Under the pieces are notes generated by a model. That model was not told where the DNA came from. It was given only the letters and a program-made list of their open reading frames with translations, and made no database searches. Source: Octopus vulgaris (taxonomy: Eukaryota). Taken from it: a DNA stretch of 64,000 nt. Made by a program: the position numbers and the translations under genes. The stretch covers positions 90,024,001 through 90,088,000 of the forward strand of contig OX597814.1 of assembly GCA_951406725.2 (NCBI GenBank), read 5' to 3'. Numbering within the stretch: position 1 is the stretch's first letter; every line of letters begins with the position of its first letter. This document shows positions 43,873-56,694 of the stretch, piece by piece.

Positions 43873-45102
43873 GTAGTATTTTCTATATATATATATATAT
43901 ATATATATATTCACCAAGAGAGATAATTTTGGTATATTATTATCCACTTTGTTCCAAGATGACTACTGTATTATTTCATAATTGTTTCCTAAATATTGAA
44001 TATTTTCCATATTAGAGTTCAACATTTTCTTTCTAAACAATCTATCTGGTTGTCACATTTGTTTTCTTTTTATTGTAGTAATCCGTCTTAATTTCTTTAG
44101 CATTGAAGTAGAAAATTTGATGGAGACTCAGACAGAATGTTTTCAGATAGTGATTATTATGTTGATAATATCAGTGTGACGCTTCATGCCTTGAATGTTC
44201 TTCATTGTAATTAAGTCTACATAAAGTTGTCACGAGATAGATATAGGAAAACTTCGTGATTCATGTTAAGTAAAGCTTCTTGATGCAAATGAATATACAC
44301 TGGGCTAAATTTAGTATGGCGTCACCAATCGGGTATCAATTGTATTTACATTCTATGATTTATATAGGGAAGGTGCATAGCTGCAATATTTGTCGCTACA
44401 GCAAAAATAAAAATAAAAGTTCGTTCATTATTGAAGATAAAAAAAAATTATCGCATTTATTTTATCCAAATCCTGTATGATGGGTATCTGTAATGGCAAA
44501 ACCCCTGTAGAAGCGAGTAGAAACAATGAATTTTATGGTATAAGATTTGCGATAATGTTATCACTTCGTCCCCAAATTAATTATCAATTACTAATTGACC
44601 CGTAATTTTCTTTTACTACGATATAAAATCGAATCAATTTAATGTTGATCTTAGTGATTAGGTGAGATAATTCGATATTTTTTACTTGGAAACTGAAGGT
44701 CTTGTTTCAGAAGATAATATGATTCGAACAAGTGAGGCAGTGAACAGGAAGAATCATTAACTCACCGGACAAAATGTTCATCGGCATTTCGCCCGTCTTC
44801 ACATTCCGAGCTCGAATTCCGCCGATATCGACTTTGCCTTTATCATTAAATATCACTAAAGCTCTGGGGTCCATGTAATCGACTTACACCATTATCCAAA
44901 ATTGCTGGTCTTGTGACAAAATTTGAAATGAGGATGATTTGAAAAAGTCTCACTGAGGCCATGCAATTATCTTAGTATGAAAAAAACCCACTAAATTTTC
45001 CTAAAACAGGTGATCCAAAATAATTTAGTTCAGTTAATATTACAAATTACAACAGGCAGAATTATATTTCTGAAAATAATTGAGCACGTTCTCTGAAAAT
45101 GA

Positions 45103-45475
45103 TAAGGCGGCGAGCTGGCAGAAACGTTAGCACGCCGGTCGAAATGCGTAGCCGTATTTCGTCTGCCGTTACGTTCTGTGTTAAAATTCCGCCGGGAATC
45201 GATAAATTAAGTACCACTTACGCACTGGGATCGATGTAATCGACTTAATCTGTTTGTCTGTCCTTGTTTGTCCCCTCTATGTTTAGCCCCTTGTCGGTAA
45301 TAAAGAAACAGGTATTCCGTCTGTCTTTACGTTCTGAGTTCAAATTCCAGCGAGGTCGACTTTACCATTTATCTTTTCGGGGTCAATAAATTAAGTATCA
45401 GTTGCGTACTGGGGTCGATCTAATCGACTAGCCCCCTCCTCCAATATTTCGGGCCTTGTGCCTAGAGTAGCAAAG
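45103..45475 (+). mobile_element. SINE (5824 family) with duplicated core
   Basis: TAAGGCGGCGAGCTGGCAGAAACGTTAGC head and two core segments. A further partial copy lies at ~44760-44930. Confidence 0.8.
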
Positions 45476-47849
45476 GTTCTTTGTAAATGACATAGATAAA
45501 GCCTTAATTCATGAAGAGTATGTAGGTAGTGGCGAGAAAAGTGTTAAAATTCTAGATATAAGGTAAATACTACTCTAAAACTGATGGCATTATCAGGCAA
45601 GTTATTCAATCGACTTAAGTGTGTGTTACATACGGAAGAATGATCTTTTATTAATTTTGAGGATGTTACTGGTGGGCATAGAAAGATAAAGGAGTGTATA
45701 CCCATAGATCCTTTAGTTAGGAGAAATGTAGATGCAAACGATCTAAGAATACGAAAGTCTATAGAAGTTATATTGCCCATCATTTATACAACATATCGCC
45801 GCTTCTGTAATGTCATAACAGGGTGTCCCATTTTAAAGATGTGCAATACAAAAAATAATTTGCAGAAATAAATCTGATGTTAATATCAAAACCAGTGGCC
45901 CGATTATGATGTGTCGACGGATATAAGTGCAAAGGTTATATTAAGTATATTTACACAAGGCGGTCACCCAAAATTGTATTTGAGAAGAGCCTGAAAAACA
46001 GCTGAAATAAGAGATTCAGCTACTGAAATTCAAGATTTGGCGATTACAAAATGCACTTATAGAGCAAGATATTTAATGTTTAAATAAATATTGGTCTTGT
46101 AACATTTGCAACAAAAATGCATTTTTAGATAATACTTCGACTTATGAACAGTAGCCTAAGGACTTACTTGGATTTTAACAGTGTTTGTTTTGGAATGTAT
46201 TATGTATAAAGTACTTATAAGACTATATACTACCTGTTCATGTATTGTAAAAAAATTGAATGTAATGATAATATTAATGTGGATAAAAATTATCTTGGTA
46301 ATATTAACTTTTGACATCCATCTTGTAGAAAAGGATAAGGAAACTACAAACAACAATATTGTAGTATTATTTGGTATATTAGCAACATTTTACTGATAAC
46401 TGGAATTACGTTGATAATTCATGATGAACTCTTGTGAAATTAAGAATTTATTCTTCAGTCAACTTGTTTCAGAATATTGATAATAAAAGCTTTTCGTGGT
46501 GAAGTTCACTTGACTCAACCGAAATAAAATACGAGTTGAAGTTAAAAGCATGGTGACTCAGTTAAATGATGATGTAGAATTTTATGTAAGATGCCTGACA
46601 ACTGTTAGAATAAAATCTTGAATTACTTTAAATACTGCATACACAGGCTAAGGGTATTAAAACTTATGTACATGTACATATTGATTTAGAATTGTGGTTA
46701 ATACGTACTGACGCATATTTCGATTGGTCAGAAGTTATGGGAGTTACGAACAAAGAGATACTAAAGTAGGTGTTGAGAAATGCGTTTTCCGGTAATGGCG
46801 TTCTAGAAACATTAATGTCTGAAAATGCTTGTGAATATTATGGCACTGTTTTATGTATGGTGCTTAACAAGATTGCATGTAAATCTGTAAAAACACCTCT
46901 ATATCATTCCGAATCAGTTGAAGTAGCTGAAGGAGTGCTCATGATTGTTAAAATAAAATCAAAATTATATTCACCAAGTAATGGTTCTATTAATGCGTAT
47001 CTCAGTCGCAAGCATTTAGAGATATCGGACAATCATTTATAAAAGACATCTTTGTCCACCTGCTTTGATGGGCAAACAAATACGATCATTATTATCAATG
47101 GCTCACCACGAACTACAGCACGCTAGATTTACATCCAATGACAATGATAGTGAACAACGTTTAGAATCAGCCTGTCAAGTTTAGAATAAAATTTCTAATT
47201 CTATTAACATGTGTTAGCTGAGAAATGAACAAGCATAGCAAGAGATGCTGGATGTGATTCTTAGATGAGAATGCCAATTAAACCAATTCATTTGCGGTAA
47301 TTATGATATTGTCTTCCTACTATTATGGTAGCATTGCACACGGCTGTATGTTGAAAGAATAATTAAAGAGCCGAATAAAATTACTTCCGGTTTTTATTAA
47401 TGCCTCTACATCCTGTGTCCAAGTCTCGCTGATGTCAACTTTGCTTTCATTGTTTTTTTTTTTTGTGGTTGATAAAATAAAGTACCCTTTAATTACTAGT
47501 GTCGATGCACTCCATTGCTCCGTTCCCTAAATATTGTTGGCCTCGTACCTAAATCAGCTATTATTATTGTAGCATTAGAACACATATTTGTCGGAGAGAT
47601 TGCTTGCAGTATTTTTGAGGCCATAACTTTACTCTGGATAAAATTAGTAAGACACAAGAAGCAGATTTAGTTATTTCTAACTTTGGTGCAAAGTTTAAAG
47701 TCTGGCGAAGAGTTGTTGACTATTAAATTCACTTTCGGTATAAGTTAAAACGGCTCCAGTAATATTTGAATGGAATTGGGAAGGGTTTGAAGTCGTAGCC
47801 GAGGAAAGGCTAGCTGAAACTGAGTACTGGAAGCCATCTGATTATTAGA

Positions 47850-48551
47850 AAAGAGTTGACTGTATCATGATGATTAACGCTGGGTATCAAAATGACCACT
47901 GCATGACTGCCGCTCAATTCTCTTTCAACACTGTAAAGGCTCTAAGTTGTGGCATTGACAGTTGCAACGAAAACTACAAAGCCGTGGCTCGCAGGAAATG
48001 ATACATAGGGCGTTCTGATTGTGTCTGCGGTGGAAATTCTTCCAACAATTCCAGTATAAGGTCTTAGGTTGACTTTAGACGGCAATGTGAAACTGATAGA
48101 GACTGTGATCAATCTCTGGCTTGAGAGGGTTACTACTGGAAGGGCATATGTGTGGTAACAAGATTCGGAAGTTTGTCATACCCACGGAAAGTGTCAGAAG
48201 TGGTTGGCGAAGAATTTCTATGGCTTCACTAGTCTCAGGTTTTGGCCTCCTAATTGGCCTGACTATAATCACATAAATAGCTATGTGTGGGGCATAGTTG
48301 GGAACGACACTAACCACTCTACCTACAACACCAGGGGCGAGCTGGTGACCAAGTTGAAGGAAGAATAAACTTCTTAAATCTTGAGGCCGTAGTGGAAGCT
48401 AAGATTGGATATTTTGAGTGAACCGCCATGCCCCAGCCATGCATTATTTCATATTGTTTGATTTTTTCAAAGTACTTTTATTTGTGAATGAGATATTGAG
48501 TTTTCATTTCCTTTTATGCAAACTGTCACATTTAGCCCGAACACCATGCAT
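47850..48551 (+). pseudogene. Tc1/mariner (DD37D/maT-like) transposase remnant
   Basis: WLERVTTGRAYVW*QDSEVCHTHGKCQKWLAKNFYGFTSLRFWPPNWPDYNHINSYVWGIV resembles QQDSAP.H...WPPNSPD.NP.DY.VW. Confidence 0.75.
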
Positions 48552-49472
48552 AACAAAAGCAACAACAATATGTTTTACAAATCAATGATGTCTACTCCAA
48601 TGATAAATCGAACACGACGCATATAGAAGTCGATAACATAGAAAGCTACATGTCGAGTGGTCAGAATTTCTAGTTCTGCCAATTTCCTTTCTGTTATGTC
48701 TACTTCCCTCTTAGTTATATCCCACAACTGTCACTATAACAACACTTTGGAACTGTATGTGATTTCCTAGATTGATTCATAGAGTTGAAATACTTCCGAA
48801 TGGAAACGTAACTGCGAGGGACACGTACAGTGTGAAGAAGATTTGTCTCTCAATCCATTAGCCGTTGTATATGAAGTTTAATGCAGAGGCTTTATGGATG
48901 AATGTGACGCGGAAATGCATTAGCAATAATCACTAATCTCATTTTAAAGCCTTTCTGCTTCTGAAACCTTCTATAATGTATATTGCTGTAGCAATACATT
49001 ACCTATATATCACATAAAATTAACTTTTAATCTAATGCTGTTTCATGTAAAACAAAACAAAACAAGAAAAAAACAAACAAGAACGAAGGAAATCAAAACA
49101 ATCTGCATTATGTAATACTATGATATATATAAACACGCTAAATAGTTACAACATAAGTGTTATTATAGTAATTTGATGGAGCAATTTTTTATATCAGTGA
49201 AAGATACACAGAGAAAACGAACCTCTCCTATATACAAACATACATACATGCATACACGCACACAAATACACACACACACACATACACACACACATATGTC
49301 CAGTCATAGAGTCACAGACTCTAAAGACTGACGAATCTTCGATAAGGCTAAGCTCCTTACGAATGCGCAACCATTGGTCACTCTCTAACCCCATATATAC
49401 TTAGCTGCATATAGATACATTACTGCTCTATGCTTTAGAGTCTGCTTCTTTTCCGAGTATATGATAAATTGA

Positions 49473-49524
<52 letters not shown>

Positions 49525-49960
49525 ATTTGTGTGTAGAACTAGACTACAACAGTACTACGACTACAACAGTTATGTTAAGAGTTCCAGGTATATTATCATG
49601 ATCCAGTCTGCTTCGGGCATAGTTGCTAGTTTACTTCAATACTGAGTAGTACTATTAATTCTGAGCTACAGAGCAGATATAAGAGAAATAAAGTTATAGT
49701 TTTCTGTAACAAAGCTATAAAATATTATCTGATTTTCCTTTGAGGTAATGTTAACCATGCAGTTGGAGCACTTATTGCAGTGCTCCAAACAGACATAGTG
49801 GTGAAACTCAAGCAGGAACTATGATGTATATATATATATACAACTTATAAACAAGGGAAACTGACAAAATATATGGTGGCAACTGATAAAATTTTTTCGA
49901 AAATATTTTCCTATATTAGATATATATATGTATGTATGTATAAATATACATATATGTATG

Positions 49961-50039
<79 letters not shown>

Positions 50040-50114
50040 ATATATATATATATATACATATGTATGTCTATATATATATATGCATGTATACACACGCACG
50101 CACACATATGTCTA

Positions 50115-50184
<70 letters not shown>

Positions 50185-50189
<5 letters not shown>

Positions 50190-50360
50190 TTATTGTTTTA
50201 TTTGTTTCAGTCATTTGACTGCGGCCATATTAGTGCACCGCCTTTTATTCGAAGAAATCGAGACCAGAACTTATTCATTGTAAATTCGGTATTTATTATA
50301 ACAGTCTCTTTTGCCAAATCTGCAAGTTACGTAAACACACCAACAACGGTTGTCAAGCAT
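50185..50360 (-). mobile_element. 3' fragment of the 36882 SINE family
   Basis: The segments tgtttcagtcatttgactgcggcca and ggttgtcaagc are inverse matches. Confidence 0.65.
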
Positions 50361-50512
50361 GTATATATATATATTGCAAGATTCATGATGTGAAAGCGTG
50401 TGTTGAAACATATTGTTATATTTCGGGACGGTAATTTTTTTTTGCCAAATAAACACACGAACTATTCGTTCTTCGCTCGTTCATTACTGTTCTTATTGTA
50501 ATTGATGTCTAT

Positions 50513-50557
50513 TGTCCGGATAATTTTCGTCACACATCTGTGACCTCTTCAGCGACA
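50513..50557 (-). ncRNA. Type-I hammerhead-like motif
   Basis: UGUCG-CUGAAGA-G-GUCACA(gaug)UGUGAC-GAAA-AUUA-UC^CGGACA. The core is intact and stem III is weak. Confidence 0.55.
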
Positions 50558-52317
50558 TTTCCGGTCCTCATGTATACTCCTGCTCCGCTTAGTCCGTTCT
50601 GTCCTCAAAGAATATATACATTTGTATACACACACACACACACATATATATATATTTATATATACGTACATATATATAAAATTTTAATTCAAAATGAAAC
50701 AAACAGGTTTTAATCGGAACATTATAACTGTTACTGTGCATTAGTATCAGCTGGTAATTGCTGAGTACTTTACATATTACATACATTATATCATTAATAC
50801 GATTCGGTAACAGACGTGTGCTAGCGCGTCTTCAGGTGAGTGGTTTCAAGAACTGCCTGATTATCTATTTTTCTAATATATGAAAAACTCAGCTATTACC
50901 AGGTGATACTAACTGTACTGAAACAATTAAAACGACCTGGATTAAAGGCTGTTCCTTTCATTATCTATAACTTAAATTTTTGCATGAATTCCGCAGATAT
51001 TAATCGTTTTTCACATGTATGTCAAATAAAATTGGAAATCCTGTGTATTAAAGCATGTGGCAGTAGATAGCTATAGAGGTGCTTCGGAAATCACGCTGTG
51101 AGGGTATTACCCAGATGATATCAGACCCAAGTCCTTACCCAAGATTCTTACCACACAACCACATACATAGAATGTTTATAGTAACAGTACACTCGAATAG
51201 TCAGCAACTACTCTTGTGATATAGAGTATGATGTAGAAATTGAAAGTGTAAAGGTTTATCCGAAGCAGATATAAATAATACTGTGATACGTTAACCCAAA
51301 TTACGAATATGATAGAAAATGGCAAACTTCAATTTTGTACCCAATTGTCAATTTCGCGTTTACTCTGTCAATCACATAAGTTATCGCGCTGATGCTGAAC
51401 TCAATGTGAGTAGAAATCGAAGTTAAGAGAACGTGAAGAAAACAATACCAGCAACATACAGATAGGAGATTATCAGAAAATAATCAGAGTATCTATTGAT
51501 TGGTGATATCGACTAAAACAATAGTTGACAGATGCAACATTTTAGAGTTCCACGGAACTCTGACATGCGTGAAAATAAGATTGAAAAAAAAAAAAACTGA
51601 TGTAATCGAAATATGAAAATTACTGCTGTCTTTCAACAGGAGTGGTAAAATAACGTAAGATTGCAGTAAATAGACGTCAAAACCTATTATGCTGGTTTTC
51701 CAGCTAAATGGACTCAACATTGTTCTTTTGTGTTCGTTGCATGCATTGCACTATAGAAGCAGTGTAGGCCAAATTACTTTTCGTTTCAGCATCAGATGCC
51801 TGACAGTGTAATATAGAAAACCTATATTACAGTTCCAAACGAAATACTACAACATGCTTATACAAAGAATATCTCGAGATAATTTATGCATTATTTCTGA
51901 AGACTCAGAAAACACAATGGTGCCTACAATATAGAACACAATAGTTTTTTCCATAGAGTTCAATATTGACCTATTTGAATTTAGTTTAGTAACCATATTG
52001 TCTCTGCTTTTTACCTTACAATGATTAACAAAAGGCATTAACTTACCTATAATATTCCTTGTGATATTTGTCCTGTGTTCAGATCTTACAGAGATCTATT
52101 TTAGTTTTCACTTTAACTGTCCAGCAAAAAAAAAAACGCACCGTCAGTTTACAGTTGTCAGTTTAATCGACTGAAGCTGCCTCCTAAATTTTCGACATTC
52201 AGGTTGGATTTCAACATCATCTTCACCCTTTTTTGTACGCCTCGCTGATCTTGACTTTCATTTCTCTGTGTGGAATGTCATCCAGCTCTAAAATTCCTAA
52301 ATATTCCTAAATATCTA

Positions 52318-52330
52318 TATTATTATTATA

Positions 52331-52403
<73 letters not shown>
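52318..52403. repeat. (TTA)n tail/target of element C
   Basis: Direct reading. Confidence 0.95.
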
Positions 52404-52404
<1 letters not shown>

Positions 52405-52580
52405 TTTTTTTTTCTTCTTTCAAATTTTCTTCCATTTCTTGCCGAGTGTCTTCCCGACTCCTAGGGCAAAGAAACTCATAGTGTATATTGGTAGGCCATG
52501 AAACCAAACTCAGTAGTTCGTTCATTTAAAAAAATTTTTTTTTTTAAAGTTAAATTAAAATACATGAGCAGCAACAGTTC

Positions 52581-54263
52581 TCACATCGACAATGCTCTTC
52601 TCAATACGTGTGATGTACCAGTTAAGACAATCTTTTGCACTTCTTGCAGGGATGGTAAGCCAGGGATCATTCTCATATAATTTTCGGTTCCCTTCTTGAT
52701 CATTCCTAGTGCTCCTACGATCACTGGTATTGTAACCGCCTTGAGATGCCACATTTTCTCAATTTCAATGAGTAGGTCTTTATATTTTCTGAGCTTGTCA
52801 AACTCTTTCGCTGAGATATTATGATCACAGGGGATGCTCATGTCGATCAATAAGCAAACTTTATTGTTTTGGTCTTTCACAACAATATCTGGTTTATTGG
52901 CCTTGATGGTTCGGTCTGTATGTACTGGAAAGTCCCACAGAATGGTTACATTTTCTCCTTCAGTTACAGCCTCAGGGTGGTGATTATACCACTTGTCGGC
53001 AGTTTTGATATTGTAATGCCGACTTATTAGCCAGTGGAGATATTGGCCAACTCTGTCATGTCTTAATTTATACTCCACTGGTGCTAAGACTTTACATCCA
53101 GAGATTAGGTGGTCCACTGTTTCAATCATGTCGTTGCAGAATCGGCATTTTGGGTCTGCTCCATTTTCCATCACATTGGCCTGGTAGTTCCGGGTTGATA
53201 GGCTTTGGTCTTGAGCAGCCAGGATGAAACCTTCGCTCTCTGCTTTTAGCCCTGAGCTCCGCAGCCACTGATGGGTTTGCTTCTGGTCAACATCAGCTTG
53301 TTTGCTGCGGGTCACATATTTGCCGTGCAGAGGTTTCTCCTCCCAATTATCAGCCAATTGCTCGTGCGCTTTTTTCATTGCCATCATTTTCACCTTCTTT
53401 GCAACAATAGTTGCCGTACTTCCCTCGGGTTGTTCAGTTTGGGTATCCTGCACGAGATCAATAGCAAATTTTTTGCTTTCCTTGATGATAGAATGAAGCT
53501 TCTTTCGTCTCTCGTGATGTTCCACGAGCTTTAGCATCCAGTCATTCGATATTTCGAGATATTTGGCCAGTCCAATTGTGGTTGTTTTGTAAGCTAGTTC
53601 AAATTGGATCAGGCCTCGACCTCCTTGGGCTCTGGGAAGGTAAAGGCGATCTACGTCTGCCTTTGGGTGGTGCATCCTATTACAACTCAGCAGCTTGCGT
53701 ATTTTTCTATCTATATTCTTTACTTCACTCATATTCCAGTTCAACACATTGTAGCTATAAGTAACAACTGGAACTGCTAGGGAATTTATAGCTAACACCT
53801 TGTTACGTGCATTTAGTTCAGATTTCAGGACTGCACGAACTCTCCTATAACATTCCTTCCTGATTTTCTCTTTCATGCTTGCATGCTGAATACCAGAGCC
53901 TTCATTTATCCCTAAATATTTGTATGTTTGTTCTTGCTCAAGCTCTCTTATGACTGTGTCAACATCTAACACGACTGAATTTGTGGTCTTCACTTTCCCT
54001 TTCTGGAAAGTGGCCTTGGCACACTTCTCAAGTCCAAACTCCATCCCGATGTCATCGCTGAATGATTTCACGGTACGCAATAGGCCTTCAAGTTCATTAT
54101 TGTCTTTACCATAAAGTTTTAAGTCATCCATATAAAATAGATGGCTTATTTTTTTATTGGCAATTTTATACCCATACCCTGTTCTGTTTAATTCACTTGT
54201 AAGGGGTATTAGGGCTATGCAGAATATTAAAGGTGAAAGTGAGTCACCTTGAAAAAATTCCAC
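52581..54263 (-). CDS. Element C polyprotein, RT core, CCHC finger and restriction-like endonuclease
   Basis: FQGDSLSP, FYMDDLK, YKYLG, CRFC..ETVDHLISGC, RHD, KPDI..D and KLRKYKDL. Confidence 0.92.
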   Translation of the reverse strand: MEFFQGDSLSPLIFCIALIPLTSELNRTGYGYKIANKKISHLFYMDDLKLYGKDNNELEGLLRTVKSFSDDIGMEFGLEKCAKATFQKGKVKTTNSVVLDVDTVIRELEQEQTYKYLGINEGSGIQHASMKEKIRKECYRRVRAVLKSELNARNKVLAINSLAVPVVTYSYNVLNWNMSEVKNIDRKIRKLLSCNRMHHPKADVDRLYLPRAQGGRGLIQFELAYKTTTIGLAKYLEISNDWMLKLVEHHERRKKLHSIIKESKKFAIDLVQDTQTEQPEGSTATIVAKKVKMMAMKKAHEQLADNWEEKPLHGKYVTRSKQADVDQKQTHQWLRSSGLKAESEGFILAAQDQSLSTRNYQANVMENGADPKCRFCNDMIETVDHLISGCKVLAPVEYKLRHDRVGQYLHWLISRHYNIKTADKWYNHHPEAVTEGENVTILWDFPVHTDRTIKANKPDIVVKDQNNKVCLLIDMSIPCDHNISAKEFDKLRKYKDLLIEIEKMWHLKAVTIPVIVGALGMIKKGTENYMRMIPGLPSLQEVQKIVLTGTSHVLRRALSM

Positions 54264-56271
54264 AGTTGATGTTTATATTTTCTGAGGCAAGTACTCCATT
54301 AGAGTGGTATAATTGGAGATTCGTATTCCACAACGACATATTGTGCTTCAGGAAGTTTGAAATCACAGGGGAAATTTTGAAGATGTCCAGCGATCTCAAG
54401 ATCCATGGATGCGGTATACTGTCGAAGGCCTTTTTATAGTCAATCCATGCGGTGCTGAGATTTCTGCGCTTGTTGTGACAGTTCTCAAGGATCATACGAT
54501 TGATTAGCAGTTGATCTTTGCATCCGTAAGAGCTTCGGCGGCACCCTTTTTGTTCAATGGGGAAAATATCGTTCTTCTCCATGAATGCATATGTTTTCTC
54601 CGCCAGGATAGATGTTAGGATTTTATACGTGGTGGATAGACAGGTTATAGGCCGATAGTTTTTTGGAAGGTTGGTTTCGTTATTCTTTGGGAGTAGGTAA
54701 GTAATGCCACTTGCTAACCATTCAGGTGTTTTCTTTGGGTCTCTCATAATTCCATTGAGCAGCTGAACTAGCTTACCGTGTGCGCACGGGAGCGATGCGA
54801 GCCAGAAATTTGGCACCCTATCTTTACCGGGGGATTTCCAATTATGGGCCTTCGTGAGTGCCTTTCTTAGGTCTGCTATTGTGATGTCTTCCCATGCTTG
54901 TTGTTGTAAATTTTGGTAGGATCCTTCAGTTTGTATAATCCAGTCTGCATTTATGTTGTACGTCTTCTTGTCACTCCAAATCCTTTTCCAAAAGTTTTGA
55001 ACTTCTTCCATGGGAGGGGGGTCTTTAACGGTTACTTTCTCCTTCCCTATTTCTCTGTAGAATTTTTTGGCATTGGATGTGAACAGCTTATTTTGCTTGT
55101 AAAACTTGTTTCTCTTCTCAAATCTTCGTATTCTTTGGGCTTTTGCTTGGACTTTTTGTTTCAGCGTTTCTTTTATTGATATCAGTTCTTCTCTTGGTGA
55201 GGATCCAAATTTTCTCTTCATCTTTCTTCCTGTTCTGGATCTTACATCATTTCCACATATTAGTTCATTTAATATTGATATTTCCCCTCTCATAAATTCA
55301 ATCTCTTTTTCAATTTTACTTCTCCAGGTTTGATTTCTTCCCAGGTTTTGTTTTCTTTGTTTTTTCGGGGGCATACAGCTGGTTTCAATTGCCCTAGCAG
55401 AAGCGTAAATAATTTCATTTAACTCAGTAAAATCAGGTTTTAATTCTCGTATTATTTCATTTGTTACATAGTTGCCAATTTGGATTTGTTTTTTATTTTG
55501 GTTTGTATTTGAGAGTTTATGAAGCGGTTCTCTATCATTCATACTTGTATGTCTTACAACTTCAAGCGTATTCAGGATTTTCTGCCTCATTTCTGCTATA
55601 GACTCTCTGTGTTCTTCAGCAAATGCGAGATCTTCAGTTACTGTTGTTTTTTCGTTTTCCTGGCTATCTTTAACAGGTACAATAGAATTTCTTGTATCTT
55701 CAGGCCTTTGCGTACTTTGGTCAGATGGCAGTCTTTCAATTAAGCCTCGTGGCGGGCTATACTGTTCATCTGATTCTTCATTTCCTTTGTGTCTTATATT
55801 TATGTCATTTTCCGTTGCGTGCTTGTTCGCGCTTATTTCACTGTCTGTGAGTCTGTTATTTCTAAAGATATCCCTCCTCACATTTGCTAATTTGTTCTCG
55901 TCCAAATAGGGCCTACTGTCTTGATTCCGTGTTCTCCATATACTGTAAGAGTTTGCGGTGTGTCTCTCTTGAGATGGCCTACCTAATGCATAGTAATAAG
56001 CGTATATTACTTCTTTATACTCTTCTCGGGTCCATTTGTTCCGCTTACATTTTTCTTTCTGTGGTGGTTGTGGTGGTGAACTTGGAGGGCTCGAGTTGGG
56101 GGATTTCCCGTTCAAGTGACCATCCATGTCCGTATTCGGAGAAGAGTTTGTGCCAGTTGATGACTTTTCGATCCCAGGCTGGCTCTTCCCTGGGGGACGC
56201 GCTTCCAGATTAACCATAGGACAAGCGATTTGGTATACTGATTTAGTTTTCCTTTTAGTTTCCAAAAACAT
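54244..56271 (-). CDS. Element C polyprotein, N-terminal domain and RT subdomains 0-3
   Basis: KWTREEYKEVIYAYY..., WKSPGKD, NYRPITCL, EQKGC and WIDYKKAFDS. Frameshift at GIF|QGD. Confidence 0.9.
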   Translation of the reverse strand: MFLETKRKTKSVYQIACPMVNLEARPPGKSQPGIEKSSTGTNSSPNTDMDGHLNGKSPNSSPPSSPPQPPQKEKCKRNKWTREEYKEVIYAYYYALGRPSQERHTANSYSIWRTRNQDSRPYLDENKLANVRRDIFRNNRLTDSEISANKHATENDINIRHKGNEESDEQYSPPRGLIERLPSDQSTQRPEDTRNSIVPVKDSQENEKTTVTEDLAFAEEHRESIAEMRQKILNTLEVVRHTSMNDREPLHKLSNTNQNKKQIQIGNYVTNEIIRELKPDFTELNEIIYASARAIETSCMPPKKQRKQNLGRNQTWRSKIEKEIEFMRGEISILNELICGNDVRSRTGRKMKRKFGSSPREELISIKETLKQKVQAKAQRIRRFEKRNKFYKQNKLFTSNAKKFYREIGKEKVTVKDPPPMEEVQNFWKRIWSDKKTYNINADWIIQTEGSYQNLQQQAWEDITIADLRKALTKAHNWKSPGKDRVPNFWLASLPCAHGKLVQLLNGIMRDPKKTPEWLASGITYLLPKNNETNLPKNYRPITCLSTTYKILTSILAEKTYAFMEKNDIFPIEQKGCRRSSYGCKDQLLINRMILENCHNKRRNLSTAWIDYKKAFDSIPHPWILRSLDIFKISPVISNFLKHNMSLWNTNLQLYHSNGVLASENININCGIFSR

Positions 56272-56694
56272 TTTGGTGCTACGATAATGTTATCATTTTT
56301 TAGCTTTGCTTGGCTCGTGGGGAGACGGCCATCATTGCCGTTACAATTATAATCGTACCATTATAGCAGCCGTAGTCGGCTTATTATTGTTATTATCATC
56401 ACCATTACCATCATTATCATCATTATCACCACCATTACCATCATCATCATCACCATCACCATCACCACCATCATCATCAATGATATTGTTTTATGTGTAG
56501 TCACAGCAGTATCTTATTATTGTTATTTTTGTTTTTTTATCATTATCACCATCACAGTAGTGTCTGTCTGTCTCGTTGGCTGGCTTGGTGGTTGGCTGGC
56601 TGACTGTCTTTTTTTTTTTTTTTTTCTTTTTCTTTTGGTGCGGTCCTATCGGTCAAAAAAAAGTTCAGATGTTTACTACTATTAGGCTTAAGAA

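Larger units (their letters stand above)
52404..56380 (-). mobile_element. R4/Dong-type non-LTR retrotransposon C, apparently full length
   Basis: ~110-nt 5' UTR preceded by AATAATAA, a single ORF broken once, a ~175-nt 3' UTR and a (TAA)n tail. Confidence 0.95.

Noticed and set aside
56272-56380. HDV-like ribozyme in the element C 5' UTR
   Set aside because: Several hairpins are present (GCCG-ACTA-CGGC, CGT-CTCCCC-ACG), but I could not form P1.1 and P2.
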